A stretch of DNA of 64,000 nt from contig JBPOGF010000001.1 of NCBI GenBank assembly GCA_051251915.1, positions 32,001-96,000 on the forward strand. The letters are read 5' to 3'. The position numbers were made by a program, and so were the translations under genes. This DNA comes from Akkermansiaceae bacterium (lineage in GTDB: Bacteria > Verrucomicrobiota > Verrucomicrobiia > Verrucomicrobiales > Akkermansiaceae). Within the stretch, counting starts at the first letter, position 1; every line of letters starts with the position of its first letter. The notes beneath the pieces were generated by a model that saw only the letters and a program-made list of their open reading frames with translations, was not told the origin of the DNA and ran no database searches. Of this stretch, positions 27,314 through 37,097 are shown one piece after another.

Positions 27314-28198
27314 ATGAAACCTCAACAACCATATCAACCCGCTGAACGAGATCCCGTGGCGATCCGCCGTACTGTGATCATTCTCTTCTTGCTGATGTTA
27401 GTAGGGGGCTTTTTCATTGTCTACAAGTATAAGCAGAAGATGGGCGATGAGATGACGGAGGTCCAGAAGGGGAGACCTGCGAAGACTCTTGGGATCATCA
27501 AGACGAATTTCCAGGTAGAGGGGCCTGAAGGGAAAATTTACCAAGATGGATTTACATTCCTGGAAAACAAAGTCTCGTTGATGACACTGATCTCACCGGA
27601 ACTTGAGCGTGAGTCAGAGGTTTTAATAAATGTTCTTAAGGAGGCCTCTGACCGTTATGAAGGGGAGGAAAGATTTCAGATTGTGTGTATATCTGCAGAT
27701 CCATTCAGTGAGGTAAGTGCGGATCAGCTGAAGGCGTTTTGTGTGGAGCATGGAGGTGGGGAAAACTGGTTTTATCTTACTTCTAAGAGTGAAGAATTTT
27801 CTAAATATGTGAATAAGGATCTCAAGCTGGGTGATGTGACTCAGAAGTATAAGGATTCTGATAAGCGGGTATTTCCGGATGTGACGAGAATAGTGGATTA
27901 CCACATGAATCTGCGAGGGAAGCAGGATGACTTCTATTTTGTAGCACGTAGTGATGCTCAGGCAGAGTTTGGTAAGGATAACTTGCTCAGTGAGTGGCAG
28001 AACTACATGTATAAGAATATTGATTACATTCTCACTGAAGAATCAGCCGACAAAGAATTTTCTAAGACAAATAATTCCAATAGATATCATTTCCCGTTGA
28101 TCGTATTCGGTGGGTTTATCCTCTTTATTCTGATCATGGGGATGCGCCTCAAGTTTCAGCGTAAGAAGGAAGCAATTACTAATAGAAAGAACAAATAG
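27314..28198 (+). CDS. Sco-like thioredoxin-fold membrane protein lacking the copper-binding Cys motif
   Basis: N- and C-terminal TM helices and the Sco-like pattern LENKVSLM...QIVCISADP...NWFYLT. No CxxxC. Confidence 0.6.
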   Translation: MKPQQPYQPAERDPVAIRRTVIILFLLMLVGGFFIVYKYKQKMGDEMTEVQKGRPAKTLGIIKTNFQVEGPEGKIYQDGFTFLENKVSLMTLISPELERESEVLINVLKEASDRYEGEERFQIVCISADPFSEVSADQLKAFCVEHGGGENWFYLTSKSEEFSKYVNKDLKLGDVTQKYKDSDKRVFPDVTRIVDYHMNLRGKQDDFYFVARSDAQAEFGKDNLLSEWQNYMYKNIDYILTEESADKEFSKTNNSNRYHFPLIVFGGFILFILIMGMRLKFQRKKEAITNRKNK

Positions 28199-28200
28199 TT

Positions 28201-28977
28201 ATGAGCCAAACAGTAGAAAACAAATTTGAACAGAGACAAAGTGGCGATACAAAAAAGATCGTGATGATCTATTCCATTGTAGCCATCATTTGCGCGATCA
28301 TCATCGCGTGCTTTATGTTTCTAGGGAAATATATGGGAGCCGCCGCAGAAGAAACAGCTGATGCTGGGGAGAGGAATGTTGTAGAGGTTCAGGTAATGTC
28401 GATGGAGGAAAGCATTGGGTTAAATGACATTGTGAAGTTAGAAAAAGATTTTACTGCTACAAATCAAGATGGTGAGACGGTGACGCTTCAGTCGCTCAAA
28501 GGGAAAGTTTGGGTATTTGCGCAGTTTTACGGTTCATGCCCAGAGTGCAATAAAGTGAACTTTGAAATCCTGACTGACGTCTATGAAAAATATAAGGACG
28601 ATCCTAATTTCCAGCTCGTGACAGTGAGTGTGATGGAAGAGGAAGATGGCGTAAAGGCGATGAAGAGTATGGCGGATGCTCTCAAGGCTGAAACTAAGAA
28701 CTGGTGGTTCCTGACTGCGGATGTGAGTGAGGTGAACGAGTTTTGTTCAGACAATATGCTATATGCAAGGTTTGAAGATAATACGGATAAAGAGGGCAAC
28801 GGAATGGAGGGTGCTATTTTCCATGATATGGGGATATCTGTATTTAATGGAGATATGGTTATGAAGGCTAAGGTGGATGTTTATTCACAACTTCAGGCTA
28901 GTAATGATCTAGGAGCTGAACTTAAAAAGAAGCAGCTAAACCTTGAGGTGGCTGCGGCAATTAAAGCTCTAAAATAA
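28201..28977 (+). CDS. SCO1/SenC-family copper chaperone (CxxC variant)
   Basis: FTATNQDGETVTLQSLKGKVWV, CPEC, NWWFLT and distal His (IFHD). N-terminal TM. Confidence 0.8.
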   Translation: MSQTVENKFEQRQSGDTKKIVMIYSIVAIICAIIIACFMFLGKYMGAAAEETADAGERNVVEVQVMSMEESIGLNDIVKLEKDFTATNQDGETVTLQSLKGKVWVFAQFYGSCPECNKVNFEILTDVYEKYKDDPNFQLVTVSVMEEEDGVKAMKSMADALKAETKNWWFLTADVSEVNEFCSDNMLYARFEDNTDKEGNGMEGAIFHDMGISVFNGDMVMKAKVDVYSQLQASNDLGAELKKKQLNLEVAAAIKALK

Positions 28978-28982
28978 GATTA

Positions 28983-29552
28983 GTGATGAGTGATTTAAAT
29001 ACTTACCTCCAGAGAAAACCAAATTTAGCCTTAGGCAAGACGCTGAAGATAGTTACTTGGGTTCTTACTGCTGTGGTGTTGATTTTGGTGGGGTTGATGC
29101 GTAGGCCGGAGTTGAAAATTCCATTGCCTGATGGTGTGAGTATGGGATTTCTTCCTCCTGTTCATGCTGCATTAAATTCTATTGTGGCGATTAGTTTGAT
29201 CATGGCGGTTTGGATGATTAAGAGGAAGAACATTAACGCGCACAAGTTATGGATTGGTATTGCGATGCTTAGTTCGGTGCTGTTTTTGCTTTGCTATGTG
29301 GCTTATCATTTCACTACTACTGAGACGCTCTATGCTGGTCAGGGGGTGATGCGTAGTGTGTATTTCTTCTTACTGATTACCCATATTGTTCTAGCGGGTA
29401 TTAGTTTGCCATTCATTCTGTTGACGTGGCTTTATGGTTTTACTAACCAGTTTGGGAAGCATAAAAAGATGGCGAAATGGGTATTTCCTATCTGGCTTTA
29501 TGTGGCGATTACTGGTCCTATATGCTACTTTATGTTGAAGCCTTATTATTAG
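28983..29552 (+). CDS. DUF420 family membrane protein (oxidase assembly, CtaM-like)
   Basis: HAALNS, FLLCYVAYH, YFFLLITHIVLA, HKKMAKWVFPIWLYVAITG. Confidence 0.9.
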   Translation: MMSDLNTYLQRKPNLALGKTLKIVTWVLTAVVLILVGLMRRPELKIPLPDGVSMGFLPPVHAALNSIVAISLIMAVWMIKRKNINAHKLWIGIAMLSSVLFLLCYVAYHFTTTETLYAGQGVMRSVYFFLLITHIVLAGISLPFILLTWLYGFTNQFGKHKKMAKWVFPIWLYVAITGPICYFMLKPYY

Positions 29553-29613
29553 GTGAAATTGCGGATTGGTTGAATCTGTTAGCTTTTTGATTTAGTTTGG
29601 TTAAATTACAAAA

Positions 29614-29660
29614 GCGCAATATGTAGTATGTTTTGCGTAGAAAAGCGCAACATGTTGGTT
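29614..29660. promoter_or_regulatory. Tandem NrdR boxes upstream of smc
   Basis: gcgCAATATGTAGtat (29614-29629) and gcgCAACATGTTGgtt (29645-29660) match the acaCwAtATaTwGtgt consensus and are 31 bp apart. Confidence 0.7.
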
Positions 29661-29775
29661 TTGTTGCCAAATGTCCTTGGAGTAAATAGTTGGGCGGAGT
29701 ATAAGATTACTGTTCAGTAAAATTGATCTCCCCGATCAAGTTCCTGATACTTCCCATCTTCAACCAAGTAAAACT

Positions 29776-32700
29776 ATGTATCTCAAATCACTCGACATTC
29801 ACGGATTCAAATCTTTCGCCAATAAGACGAAGTTTGAGTTTCATAAAGGTGTTACTGGTATCGTTGGTCCGAATGGCTGCGGTAAGAGTAACGTGGTGGA
29901 TGCGATTCGTTGGGTGCTGGGTGAGACGAGTGCTAAGGCGTTACGTGGTGGTGAGATGGCTGATGTTATTTTCAATGGTACGGATAACCGTAAGCCGATG
30001 GGCATGGCTGAGGTCACGCTTACTATGGGTGACTGCGAAAAGGCGCTGAAGGTGGAATACAATGAGGTGGGCATTACGCGTCGGGTGTTCCGCGATGGGA
30101 AGAGTGAGTATCGGATTAATGGCACGATCTGTCGTTTGCGTGATATTCATGATCTGTTCATGGATACTGGGATAGGGCGTACTGCTTATTCTATCATGGA
30201 GCAGGGGAAAATTGACATGCTTTTGTCCTCTAAGCCTGAGGATAGACGGCAGGTATTTGAGGAGGCAGCGGGGATTACTAAATTTAAGAAAGAGAAGAAA
30301 GAGGCGCTGCGCAAGCTGGATTATACACAAGCGAACCTACTTCGCGTAAGCGATGTCCTAGCGGAGCAGGAGCGCAGGATGAACTCGTTGAAGCGTCAGG
30401 TGGCGAAGGCTAGGAGGTATCAGTCATTGGCTAAAAATGTGCGTATCTTGGACACTCATCTGAGCCATAAACGCTATGTTGAAATTAAGGCTCAGGCGGA
30501 GGAGTTGAGGCGGTCGATTTGGTCGTTAGAAGTGCGCGAGCATGAGATAGAACGGGATCTTCCGGAGAGAGAGCAGGCGGTGATCGAAGCACGGGATAAT
30601 GCGCAGGAATTGGAGAGCCAGCTTTCAGAGATCCGGCAGATGCTGAATGAGAGGCGTAATAATGCGAATGCAGCACAGAGTAAAATAGCCTTTAATAATG
30701 AGCGGCAGGCAGAGTTGTTGGGGCGCATTGAGCAGAATGAAGTTGAGATTGAAGAAACACGGCAGAAGTTAAGTCAGCAGGAGATGGATCTGCAATTTGC
30801 GACGGTTTCACTTAGTGATATTTCAGAGAAAATTGTCAGGCAAGAGGTTGCCGTGGCTGAGCAGGAGGAGAAACGTGCTATAGCGAAGGCTCACCGAGAG
30901 GAGAAAGAAGCGCAGTTGAGGGAGACTAGGGCGGAGTCTAATAGGACGCAATCGCTCATTGCTGCGGCACAGGCAAAGATAGAAAGTGCGCTGGCTCAGT
31001 TTGAGGGGAATAGGGAGCGATCAAGGCATCTTGCAGAGGATGAAGATAAGCTGAGGCTTGAGCGTGAGGAGGCAGTGTCTGAGCGTCAGAAGATAGCTGA
31101 GGAATTAGACACGAGAGTCTCTAAACTCGCTGGACTTGCTGAGGAGTTCGAGAGTCACGAGAGGAGTTTTCAGAAGTACCGTGGCACGCTTGATGCGACA
31201 AGGGAGGCGACTGCTGACCAACATAAGGAGCTGGCTAAATCATCATCTCGACTAGAGGTGCTCAAGCAGTTGGTGAAGACTGGTGAAGGTCTGGAGCAGG
31301 GGACGCAAGCGGTGCTATCTGGTCTGGATGATAAGGAACTCTATGAGCCTGGAGTCCGTGGAGTTTTAGCAAATTTCATCCAAGTAGAAGGAGATTTCAC
31401 TAATGCTGTGGAAGCTGCGCTTGGTGCACATTTACAGACGGTTCTGGTGAGGGACTCGATGTTAGCGGAATCCATTATTGATACTCTTACGCTTAAGAAA
31501 ATGGGGCAGGCTGCGATTGTACCGGAAGATTTTATACCTACACATTCTGAGGTGCAGTTGTTGCATCTTCCTGATGGTGGGATTGCGTGGGCGGTTGATA
31601 AAGTGAAGAGTGAGAAGGTGGTGACGCCGATCATTGAGAAACTGCTTTCGAATGTGCTGATTGTGGAAGATCTGGCTGCGGCACTGAGGCTAAGGTCACA
31701 ACTGCCGGACGTTACCTTTGCTTCATTGAAGGGTGCTGTGCTTAGTTCTGAGGGGGTAGTGCGTGGAGGAGAAGCTAGTGGAGAAGGTTCATCTGTGCTG
31801 GACAGGCAAAATGAGATCCGTGATCTGGAAACTCAAACGGCTACTTTAGTGGAGCAAGAGACTGAGTCTAAGCAGAAGCTCGAATTGCTAGAAAACCAGA
31901 TTTCTGAAAGCCGTGAAGCAGTAGAGGTGGCGAGGGAAAGACTGCAGAAAGCTCGCGTGGATGAGTCTACTCTACAAGGTCAACTCACGTTAGCTACTAG
32001 AGAGGTGGAGTCTATAGAGAGTAAAATTTCTAACGTGGAGTGGGAGCGCAAGGAGCTCAGCGAGCGGGAGACTAATGCATCTGGTAACCGTGAGGAAATG
32101 GAGGCGGATCTAGGTTCAGCTAGAATACGGCTCGAAGAGCTGGAGAATGATCAGCTAATGACTAGCAGAGATCTGGAGGAGATGATGATGCGTGAGCAGG
32201 ATGCGATGAGCAGACTGAATGAGTTGAAGACGAATCTGGCGGTGGAGCGCCGTGCGATGCAATCCGCGGAGGAGCAGCAACAGCCAATGGCTGCGCGTCT
32301 TGAGGAGCTACGTCATCATACTTCAAGAAGAGAGAGTGAGATTATTGCGTTTCGTGAGAGGATAGAGAGTGCTAATGGTGAGAGTGGTGATCTGTTAGAG
32401 GAAATAGAGACCAATACTGTTGCAGCTAATCAATTGGAAATAGAGTTAGAAGAAGCATCTGCAAGTAGGGCTGGACTCATTGAGGCGATCAACTTAGCAG
32501 AAAAAGCTGCGACGGAGATACGTCAGCAAGTTACGAAGATTACTGAGCAGAAGGGGAGAGAGGAAGTAGCGGCTACGAAGTTTGAGCTGCGGTTAGAGAG
32601 TCTTTCGGAGACTACGCTGGAGCGTTATCAAGTGGATCTTAACATTTTTAGACCAGATTCTCACGCGTTGCTGTCTTGTATAGCAGACCAGAAGAACTCT

Positions 32701-33549
32701 CGTAATACTGCGGAGAAGCGGGGTGGAGGTTTTAGTTCTGATGGTGAAGATGGTCAGGATGGGATGAGTGCTGAGATTAGTGCTGATGATCTGGATGTAG
32801 ATGCTATTTTGGGTGATGATGGTCCAGACTGGGATTTCGTGGAAAATAGTGTGGGCGAACTTAAGCGTAAGCTGGACTCAATGGGGCCAGTGAATGTGGA
32901 TGCCATTGAGGAGTTCGATGAGCTTGAAGAACGACACAATTTTGTGAGAGGTCAGTATGATGATCTCACTAATTCTAAGGATGAGTTGATCGATGTGATA
33001 GAGCGAATCAATGTAGAAACACGTAAGAGATTCGCTGAGACGTTCGAGCAGATCCGCAAAAATTTCCAAGACATGTTTAAGTTGCTCTTTGGTGATAAGG
33101 GTAATGCGAACCTGCATTTAGTGGATGAGGATGATCCGCTTGAAAGTGGTATCGATATCATTGCTAAGCCTCCAGGTAAGAAATTGCAATCCATCACGCT
33201 GCTTTCTGGTGGGGAGAGATCAATGACAGCCGTAGCGCTGCTCTTCTCTATCTACCAGATCAAGCCGGCGCCATTCTGTGTGCTGGATGAGTTGGATGCG
33301 CCATTGGATGAATCCAACATTGGAAGATTCCTGCGGGTGCTCGACAGATTTATTGATACTTCACAGTTCATCATTGTGACACACAGTAAGCGTACAATGA
33401 GTAGGGCTGATGTGATGTATGGTGTGACGATGGAAGAATTTGGAGTATCTAAGCCAGTAGGAATGCGACTTACAGATGAAAAAGATGTGAACGCAGGAGC
33501 TAAGAAGTCAGCAGCGGCAAATGCGGCGCTGAGGCTGGATGCTGAATAG
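29776..33549 (+). CDS. smc: Chromosome segregation protein SMC
   Basis: [15 protein letters not shown] Walker A, hinge, LSGGE signature, LDELDAPLD Walker B, long coiled coils. Confidence 0.98.
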   Translation: MYLKSLDIHGFKSFANKTKFEFHKGVTGIVGPNGCGKSNVVDAIRWVLGETSAKALRGGEMADVIFNGTDNRKPMGMAEVTLTMGDCEKALKVEYNEVGITRRVFRDGKSEYRINGTICRLRDIHDLFMDTGIGRTAYSIMEQGKIDMLLSSKPEDRRQVFEEAAGITKFKKEKKEALRKLDYTQANLLRVSDVLAEQERRMNSLKRQVAKARRYQSLAKNVRILDTHLSHKRYVEIKAQAEELRRSIWSLEVREHEIERDLPEREQAVIEARDNAQELESQLSEIRQMLNERRNNANAAQSKIAFNNERQAELLGRIEQNEVEIEETRQKLSQQEMDLQFATVSLSDISEKIVRQEVAVAEQEEKRAIAKAHREEKEAQLRETRAESNRTQSLIAAAQAKIESALAQFEGNRERSRHLAEDEDKLRLEREEAVSERQKIAEELDTRVSKLAGLAEEFESHERSFQKYRGTLDATREATADQHKELAKSSSRLEVLKQLVKTGEGLEQGTQAVLSGLDDKELYEPGVRGVLANFIQVEGDFTNAVEAALGAHLQTVLVRDSMLAESIIDTLTLKKMGQAAIVPEDFIPTHSEVQLLHLPDGGIAWAVDKVKSEKVVTPIIEKLLSNVLIVEDLAAALRLRSQLPDVTFASLKGAVLSSEGVVRGGEASGEGSSVLDRQNEIRDLETQTATLVEQETESKQKLELLENQISESREAVEVARERLQKARVDESTLQGQLTLATREVESIESKISNVEWERKELSERETNASGNREEMEADLGSARIRLEELENDQLMTSRDLEEMMMREQDAMSRLNELKTNLAVERRAMQSAEEQQQPMAARLEELRHHTSRRESEIIAFRERIESANGESGDLLEEIETNTVAANQLEIELEEASASRAGLIEAINLAEKAATEIRQQVTKITEQKGREEVAATKFELRLESLSETTLERYQVDLNIFRPDSHALLSCIADQKNSRNTAEKRGGGFSSDGEDGQDGMSAEISADDLDVDAILGDDGPDWDFVENSVGELKRKLDSMGPVNVDAIEEFDELEERHNFVRGQYDDLTNSKDELIDVIERINVETRKRFAETFEQIRKNFQDMFKLLFGDKGNANLHLVDEDDPLESGIDIIAKPPGKKLQSITLLSGGERSMTAVALLFSIYQIKPAPFCVLDELDAPLDESNIGRFLRVLDRFIDTSQFIIVTHSKRTMSRADVMYGVTMEEFGVSKPVGMRLTDEKDVNAGAKKSAAANAALRLDAE

Positions 33550-33574
33550 AAAGATTTGTTCACCTGCACCTTAA

Positions 33575-33646
33575 TAAGGCAGGTTAATAATGGGGATGCG
33601 GGGGGTGTAGGTTTTCATAGTCCTGCGCTCCCCCAAACCTGCCTTA
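33575..33646. terminator. Long imperfect hairpin between convergent smc and a hypothetical gene
   Basis: TAAGGCAGGTT...AACCTGCCTTA outer stem enclosing GGGGGGTGTAGG...CCTGCGCTCCCCC. Confidence 0.5.
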
Positions 33647-33663
33647 AGCATTGGGTCTAGAAT

Positions 33664-34203
33664 TTAAACAAAGAAGTAGTGGGATGCGCAGACTAGGATC
33701 ATGATTCCGGATAGTGCGATGGAGCCGATGAAAGTTATCATGTATAGGATCCAGAAGAGTGGGCTGGCGGCAAAGCTTACCATTGCAACGCCATCTATGA
33801 CCTCGGTTGATCCGTAGAGGACTTTGCCTACTATGGTGAGGTATTTGAACTTGCTGAGTCTTTTTCCTTCGGCGATGGCTAACTCTTTTCTGTGATGTTT
33901 TACTACGGACTTGATGTGCTCTGTGTTAGATGCGCAGATTTCTGGCAGTGAGGCGATGGCATCGAGCACCCACCAGACAATACCGATGCTGAGGATGGGG
34001 AGCAGCATGATGAGGCTTGGGATGCCCCAGCGCCATGGACCTAGGTCGGTGGCAGAATAGAAATAGATGAGAGCTCCGATGAATACGATTACCGTAGGCA
34101 CGAGCAATACCATTGCTGCTATTTTCAGTCCTTGCGCAATTTTAGCAGCATGGCTGATTAGTTTGAGAAATTTCTGAAAACGGTTCTCTGAAGCTATCTC
34201 CAT
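33664..34203 (-). CDS. Hypothetical membrane protein
   Basis: 179-aa ORF with 3-4 hydrophobic segments. Confidence 0.75.
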   Translation of the reverse strand: MEIASENRFQKFLKLISHAAKIAQGLKIAAMVLLVPTVIVFIGALIYFYSATDLGPWRWGIPSLIMLLPILSIGIVWWVLDAIASLPEICASNTEHIKSVVKHHRKELAIAEGKRLSKFKYLTIVGKVLYGSTEVIDGVAMVSFAASPLFWILYMITFIGSIALSGIMILVCASHYFFV

Positions 34204-34242
34204 ATGTTTTACATATCAGAATAGCACCGTTGGTAAAGTAGA

Positions 34243-34272
34243 TTGACCACAAGGTTTGCACCTTGTGGTCAA
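34243..34272 (-). terminator. Stem-loop after the hydroxyproline genes
   Basis: Perfect 13-bp stem TTGACCACAAGGT-ttgc-ACCTTGTGGTCAA. The U-tract is weak. Confidence 0.6.
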
Positions 34273-34296
34273 AATTTTGCAATGAAACAGCGGAGA

Positions 34297-35244
34297 CTAA
34301 GCGTCTTTACCTTCCCAAGAATTCCACCAGTTTTTGAACAGCGTGTGCTGTGAATCTAGGTGGGCTTGCTGAGATGGGCTGAGTTGGTCGTCGCTGTAAA
34401 TTTGATACTGGTAGTTCTCGTTACCTTCTAGAACCATGAGGCGCTTGTAGTAGAGAACGAGATCAGTTCCTTCATCGAAGGTGCAGAGCACGCTCATTGC
34501 TTCATTGAGCTCTTGAGCATAGCGGCGTGCAGTGGCTTGGCCTGTGGCTGCGCGCTTGCAGAGGTCTACCATTTTGAGGATTTCTGCTGGCATGGCTGTT
34601 CCTACACCGGTGATGGCGCCTACTGCTCCGCAGTTTACAAATCCGTGATAGGCTTGAGTGTCTACGCCGACCATGAGGGTGAGGCCATTGTCACCGGTGG
34701 TGATGTGTTCCGCTGCGTATGTGAGTGCTGCGCCACCACCGAATTCCTTGAATCCGATGAGTTGAGGATACTGTGAGTGGAGCTTGAAGAAGAGGTCTGC
34801 TTTGGTCTCAAATCCGTAGTGTGGTGAGTTGTAAATTACAGCAGGAAGATCTGGCCCGCCGGCTTCTAAAATAGCTGTGAAGTGGTTGTGCTGAGCTGCT
34901 GGGGAGTGTCCGCGTGAGAGAACGCGAGGGATGACCATTAGGCCGTGTGCTCCAACTTCACGAGCGTGAGTGGCGTGAGCAACAGCGATGCGAGTGTTCT
35001 GCGCGCCTGTTCCTACGATGGTTTTGATGCCAGCGTCGACGAGAGCAGTTACGCCTGTCATCCGCTCTTCGTCTGTGAGTAGAGGCCAGTCGCCCATTGA
35101 TCCGCAGTAAACGACTGCGTCCATTCCGGCTTCGATGAGTCCTTTAGCGGTCTCTACGAGGGCTGGGAAATCTGGTGTTCCGTTTGCATCACATGGTGTC
35201 ATGAGTGCTGGGATTGTTCCGGAGAAAATATTTTGGTTGTTCAT
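34297..35244 (-). CDS. DHDPS/NAL-family protein, probable delta1-pyrroline-4-hydroxy-2-carboxylate deaminase (LhpC-like)
   Basis: IPALMTP, YCGSMGDW, YNSP and GFKEFGG (Schiff-base Lys). Adjacent to the Hyp epimerase. Confidence 0.8.
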   Translation of the reverse strand: MNNQNIFSGTIPALMTPCDANGTPDFPALVETAKGLIEAGMDAVVYCGSMGDWPLLTDEERMTGVTALVDAGIKTIVGTGAQNTRIAVAHATHAREVGAHGLMVIPRVLSRGHSPAAQHNHFTAILEAGGPDLPAVIYNSPHYGFETKADLFFKLHSQYPQLIGFKEFGGGAALTYAAEHITTGDNGLTLMVGVDTQAYHGFVNCGAVGAITGVGTAMPAEILKMVDLCKRAATGQATARRYAQELNEAMSVLCTFDEGTDLVLYYKRLMVLEGNENYQYQIYSDDQLSPSQQAHLDSQHTLFKNWWNSWEGKDA

Positions 35245-35264
35245 AATGATGTTGTGTTGGTTTG

Positions 35265-36227
35265 TTAGAAATTGATGCCTGTAGCAAAGGGGTCTTCTGG
35301 GTTAATGATGATGGTGGTTTCCCCGTTGACCCAGGCTGAGCCTGTGATGGTGGGTGTGACTTGGTTAGATTCTGTGAGAGGAGTTACTTTTCCGGTGAAG
35401 ATGGTGTTGATAATGCTAGACTGTCTCCAGATTTCACCAAGGTTTAGTTTTCCTGATTCGTAGAGGCAGGCGAGCTTGGCAGATGTGCCGGTGCCACATG
35501 GTGAGCGATCATATTCGCCACCTGGACAGAGGACAAAGTTTCTGCTGTCTGACTGATCATCTGCGGGTGGGCCGAAAAGCTCAATGTGGTCGATGGGTTG
35601 GCCATCGCCACCAGCGATGCCTTGGTCAGCGAGTGCGGCCATGACTGCTGTTGTGAATTCTGTCAGAAGTGGAATGTTAGATGGCTCGACGGCTGGAACA
35701 TTTTTCTGTTCGTCAATGAGGAAAAACCAATTTCCACCCCAGGCGATGTCGCCAGTGATGGTGCCGTAGTGGGGGACTTCAACTAGGGCATCTGCTTGAT
35801 GACAATAGGATGGGACATTGTCCACTGATACGCTGCCGTCATCATGCATGTGAGCGGTGACTACTCCCACTGGGGTATCAATACGATGCGATCCTGTGGT
35901 GATGATTCCCATGTGCTTGAGGGTGATAGCTAGGCCGATGGTGCCGTGGATGCACATGTTGAGATAGCCAGCGTTGTTAAAAAAGATGACTCCTGCTGTA
36001 CAGTCTGGTGAGTGAGGCTCAGTGATGATGGCTCCGACCATGGCGGGGAATCCACGAGGCTCTAGTAAAACGGTTGTGCGAATCCAGTCATATTTAGCCT
36101 TGAGCAAATCGCGTTTCTGGGCGAGAGTGCCATCTCCAAGATGAGGGCAACCATCCACAACTACACGGGTAGGCTCACCGCCGGTGTGAGAATCGATAAT
36201 TTTTATAAGTTTGGTTGTGTTGCTCAT
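35265..36227 (-). CDS. 4-hydroxyproline 2-epimerase (proline racemase family)
   Basis: DSHTGGEPTR, MCIHG and DRSPCGTGT give the two catalytic Cys. AWGGNWFFL. Confidence 0.9.
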   Translation of the reverse strand: MSNTTKLIKIIDSHTGGEPTRVVVDGCPHLGDGTLAQKRDLLKAKYDWIRTTVLLEPRGFPAMVGAIITEPHSPDCTAGVIFFNNAGYLNMCIHGTIGLAITLKHMGIITTGSHRIDTPVGVVTAHMHDDGSVSVDNVPSYCHQADALVEVPHYGTITGDIAWGGNWFFLIDEQKNVPAVEPSNIPLLTEFTTAVMAALADQGIAGGDGQPIDHIELFGPPADDQSDSRNFVLCPGGEYDRSPCGTGTSAKLACLYESGKLNLGEIWRQSSIINTIFTGKVTPLTESNQVTPTITGSAWVNGETTIIINPEDPFATGINF

Positions 36228-36319
36228 TTATTTAAGTAAAAATATAGCAGAGTTAATCTAGTAGGAAAAACCAGATATTTCCCTAGAATCTGCACAGCTA
36301 GACCAGAACGCACAAGTAT

Positions 36320-37051
36320 ATGCCCGTATCAGAGTTTTATAATCAAGTGGACAGAGCATGTCCAATTCTAGGTGTGGAGTTATTCGACCATGTCCCAGAC
36401 ACTGTTTACTTTATTAAAGATAGGCAGGGAAGATATGTGGTGGTTAATAAGACTCTGAGTGTCCGGCTAGGGATGGAGCAATCTGAGCTTGTAGGTAAAA
36501 AGGCTGAGGAGGTGTTTCCTGATCCATTGGGGGCAAGGTTTACTAGGCAGGATATGCTTGTGATGCAGACTGGGGCTGGGATCAAGGGGAGGCTAGAAAT
36601 GCATCTTTATCCGAGTGGGAAACAGGGGTGGTGTCTGACATATAAGGAGCCGGTGAAGGGGATGGGTGGAAAGCTGATAGGTATAGTGGGTATCTCAAGA
36701 GATATTCATCCTCCTACTGAGCACCGTGATGATTTAGCGCCGCTGCAGAAGGTGATCACTCACATTAGACTTAATGTTGCGGAGCCGCTTAGGCTGCCTC
36801 AATTGGCAGAGATGGTTAATCTCTCGGTGTATCAGCTAGATCAGCGAATCCGCGGATTGTTTCATCTTTCTGCTGGGCAGTTTATTACTCAGACGAGGAT
36901 TGAGAAGGCGTGTAATTTACTTAAGTGCACGGATCAAGGGATAGCGAATGTGGCTCTTGATTGTGGTTACTCGGATCAATCTGCTTTTACTCGTCAATTC
37001 AAGCAAACTACTGGTCTTACGCCGAAGGCGTATCGGAAGCAGGTGAAGTAG
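36320..37051 (+). CDS. PAS-domain AraC-family regulator, divergent from the Hyp genes
   Basis: YFIKDRQGRY PAS-like domain and GYSDQSAFTRQFKQTTGLTP AraC HTH. Confidence 0.9.
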   Translation: MPVSEFYNQVDRACPILGVELFDHVPDTVYFIKDRQGRYVVVNKTLSVRLGMEQSELVGKKAEEVFPDPLGARFTRQDMLVMQTGAGIKGRLEMHLYPSGKQGWCLTYKEPVKGMGGKLIGIVGISRDIHPPTEHRDDLAPLQKVITHIRLNVAEPLRLPQLAEMVNLSVYQLDQRIRGLFHLSAGQFITQTRIEKACNLLKCTDQGIANVALDCGYSDQSAFTRQFKQTTGLTPKAYRKQVK

Positions 37052-37097
37052 GGATTAGAGAAGCGCAAGTAGCTAATGATGACGGTGACGGTGACGT

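Noticed and set aside
29723..29739. TTGAT...ATCAA resembling an FNR box before smc
   Set aside because: The spacer is 7 nt, not 4, so it is more likely a small 5' UTR hairpin.
36283..36316. Repeated AGAA..GCACA motifs as an AraC operator
   Set aside because: The repeats are short and 18 bp apart rather than the usual ~21, which is not distinguishable from chance.
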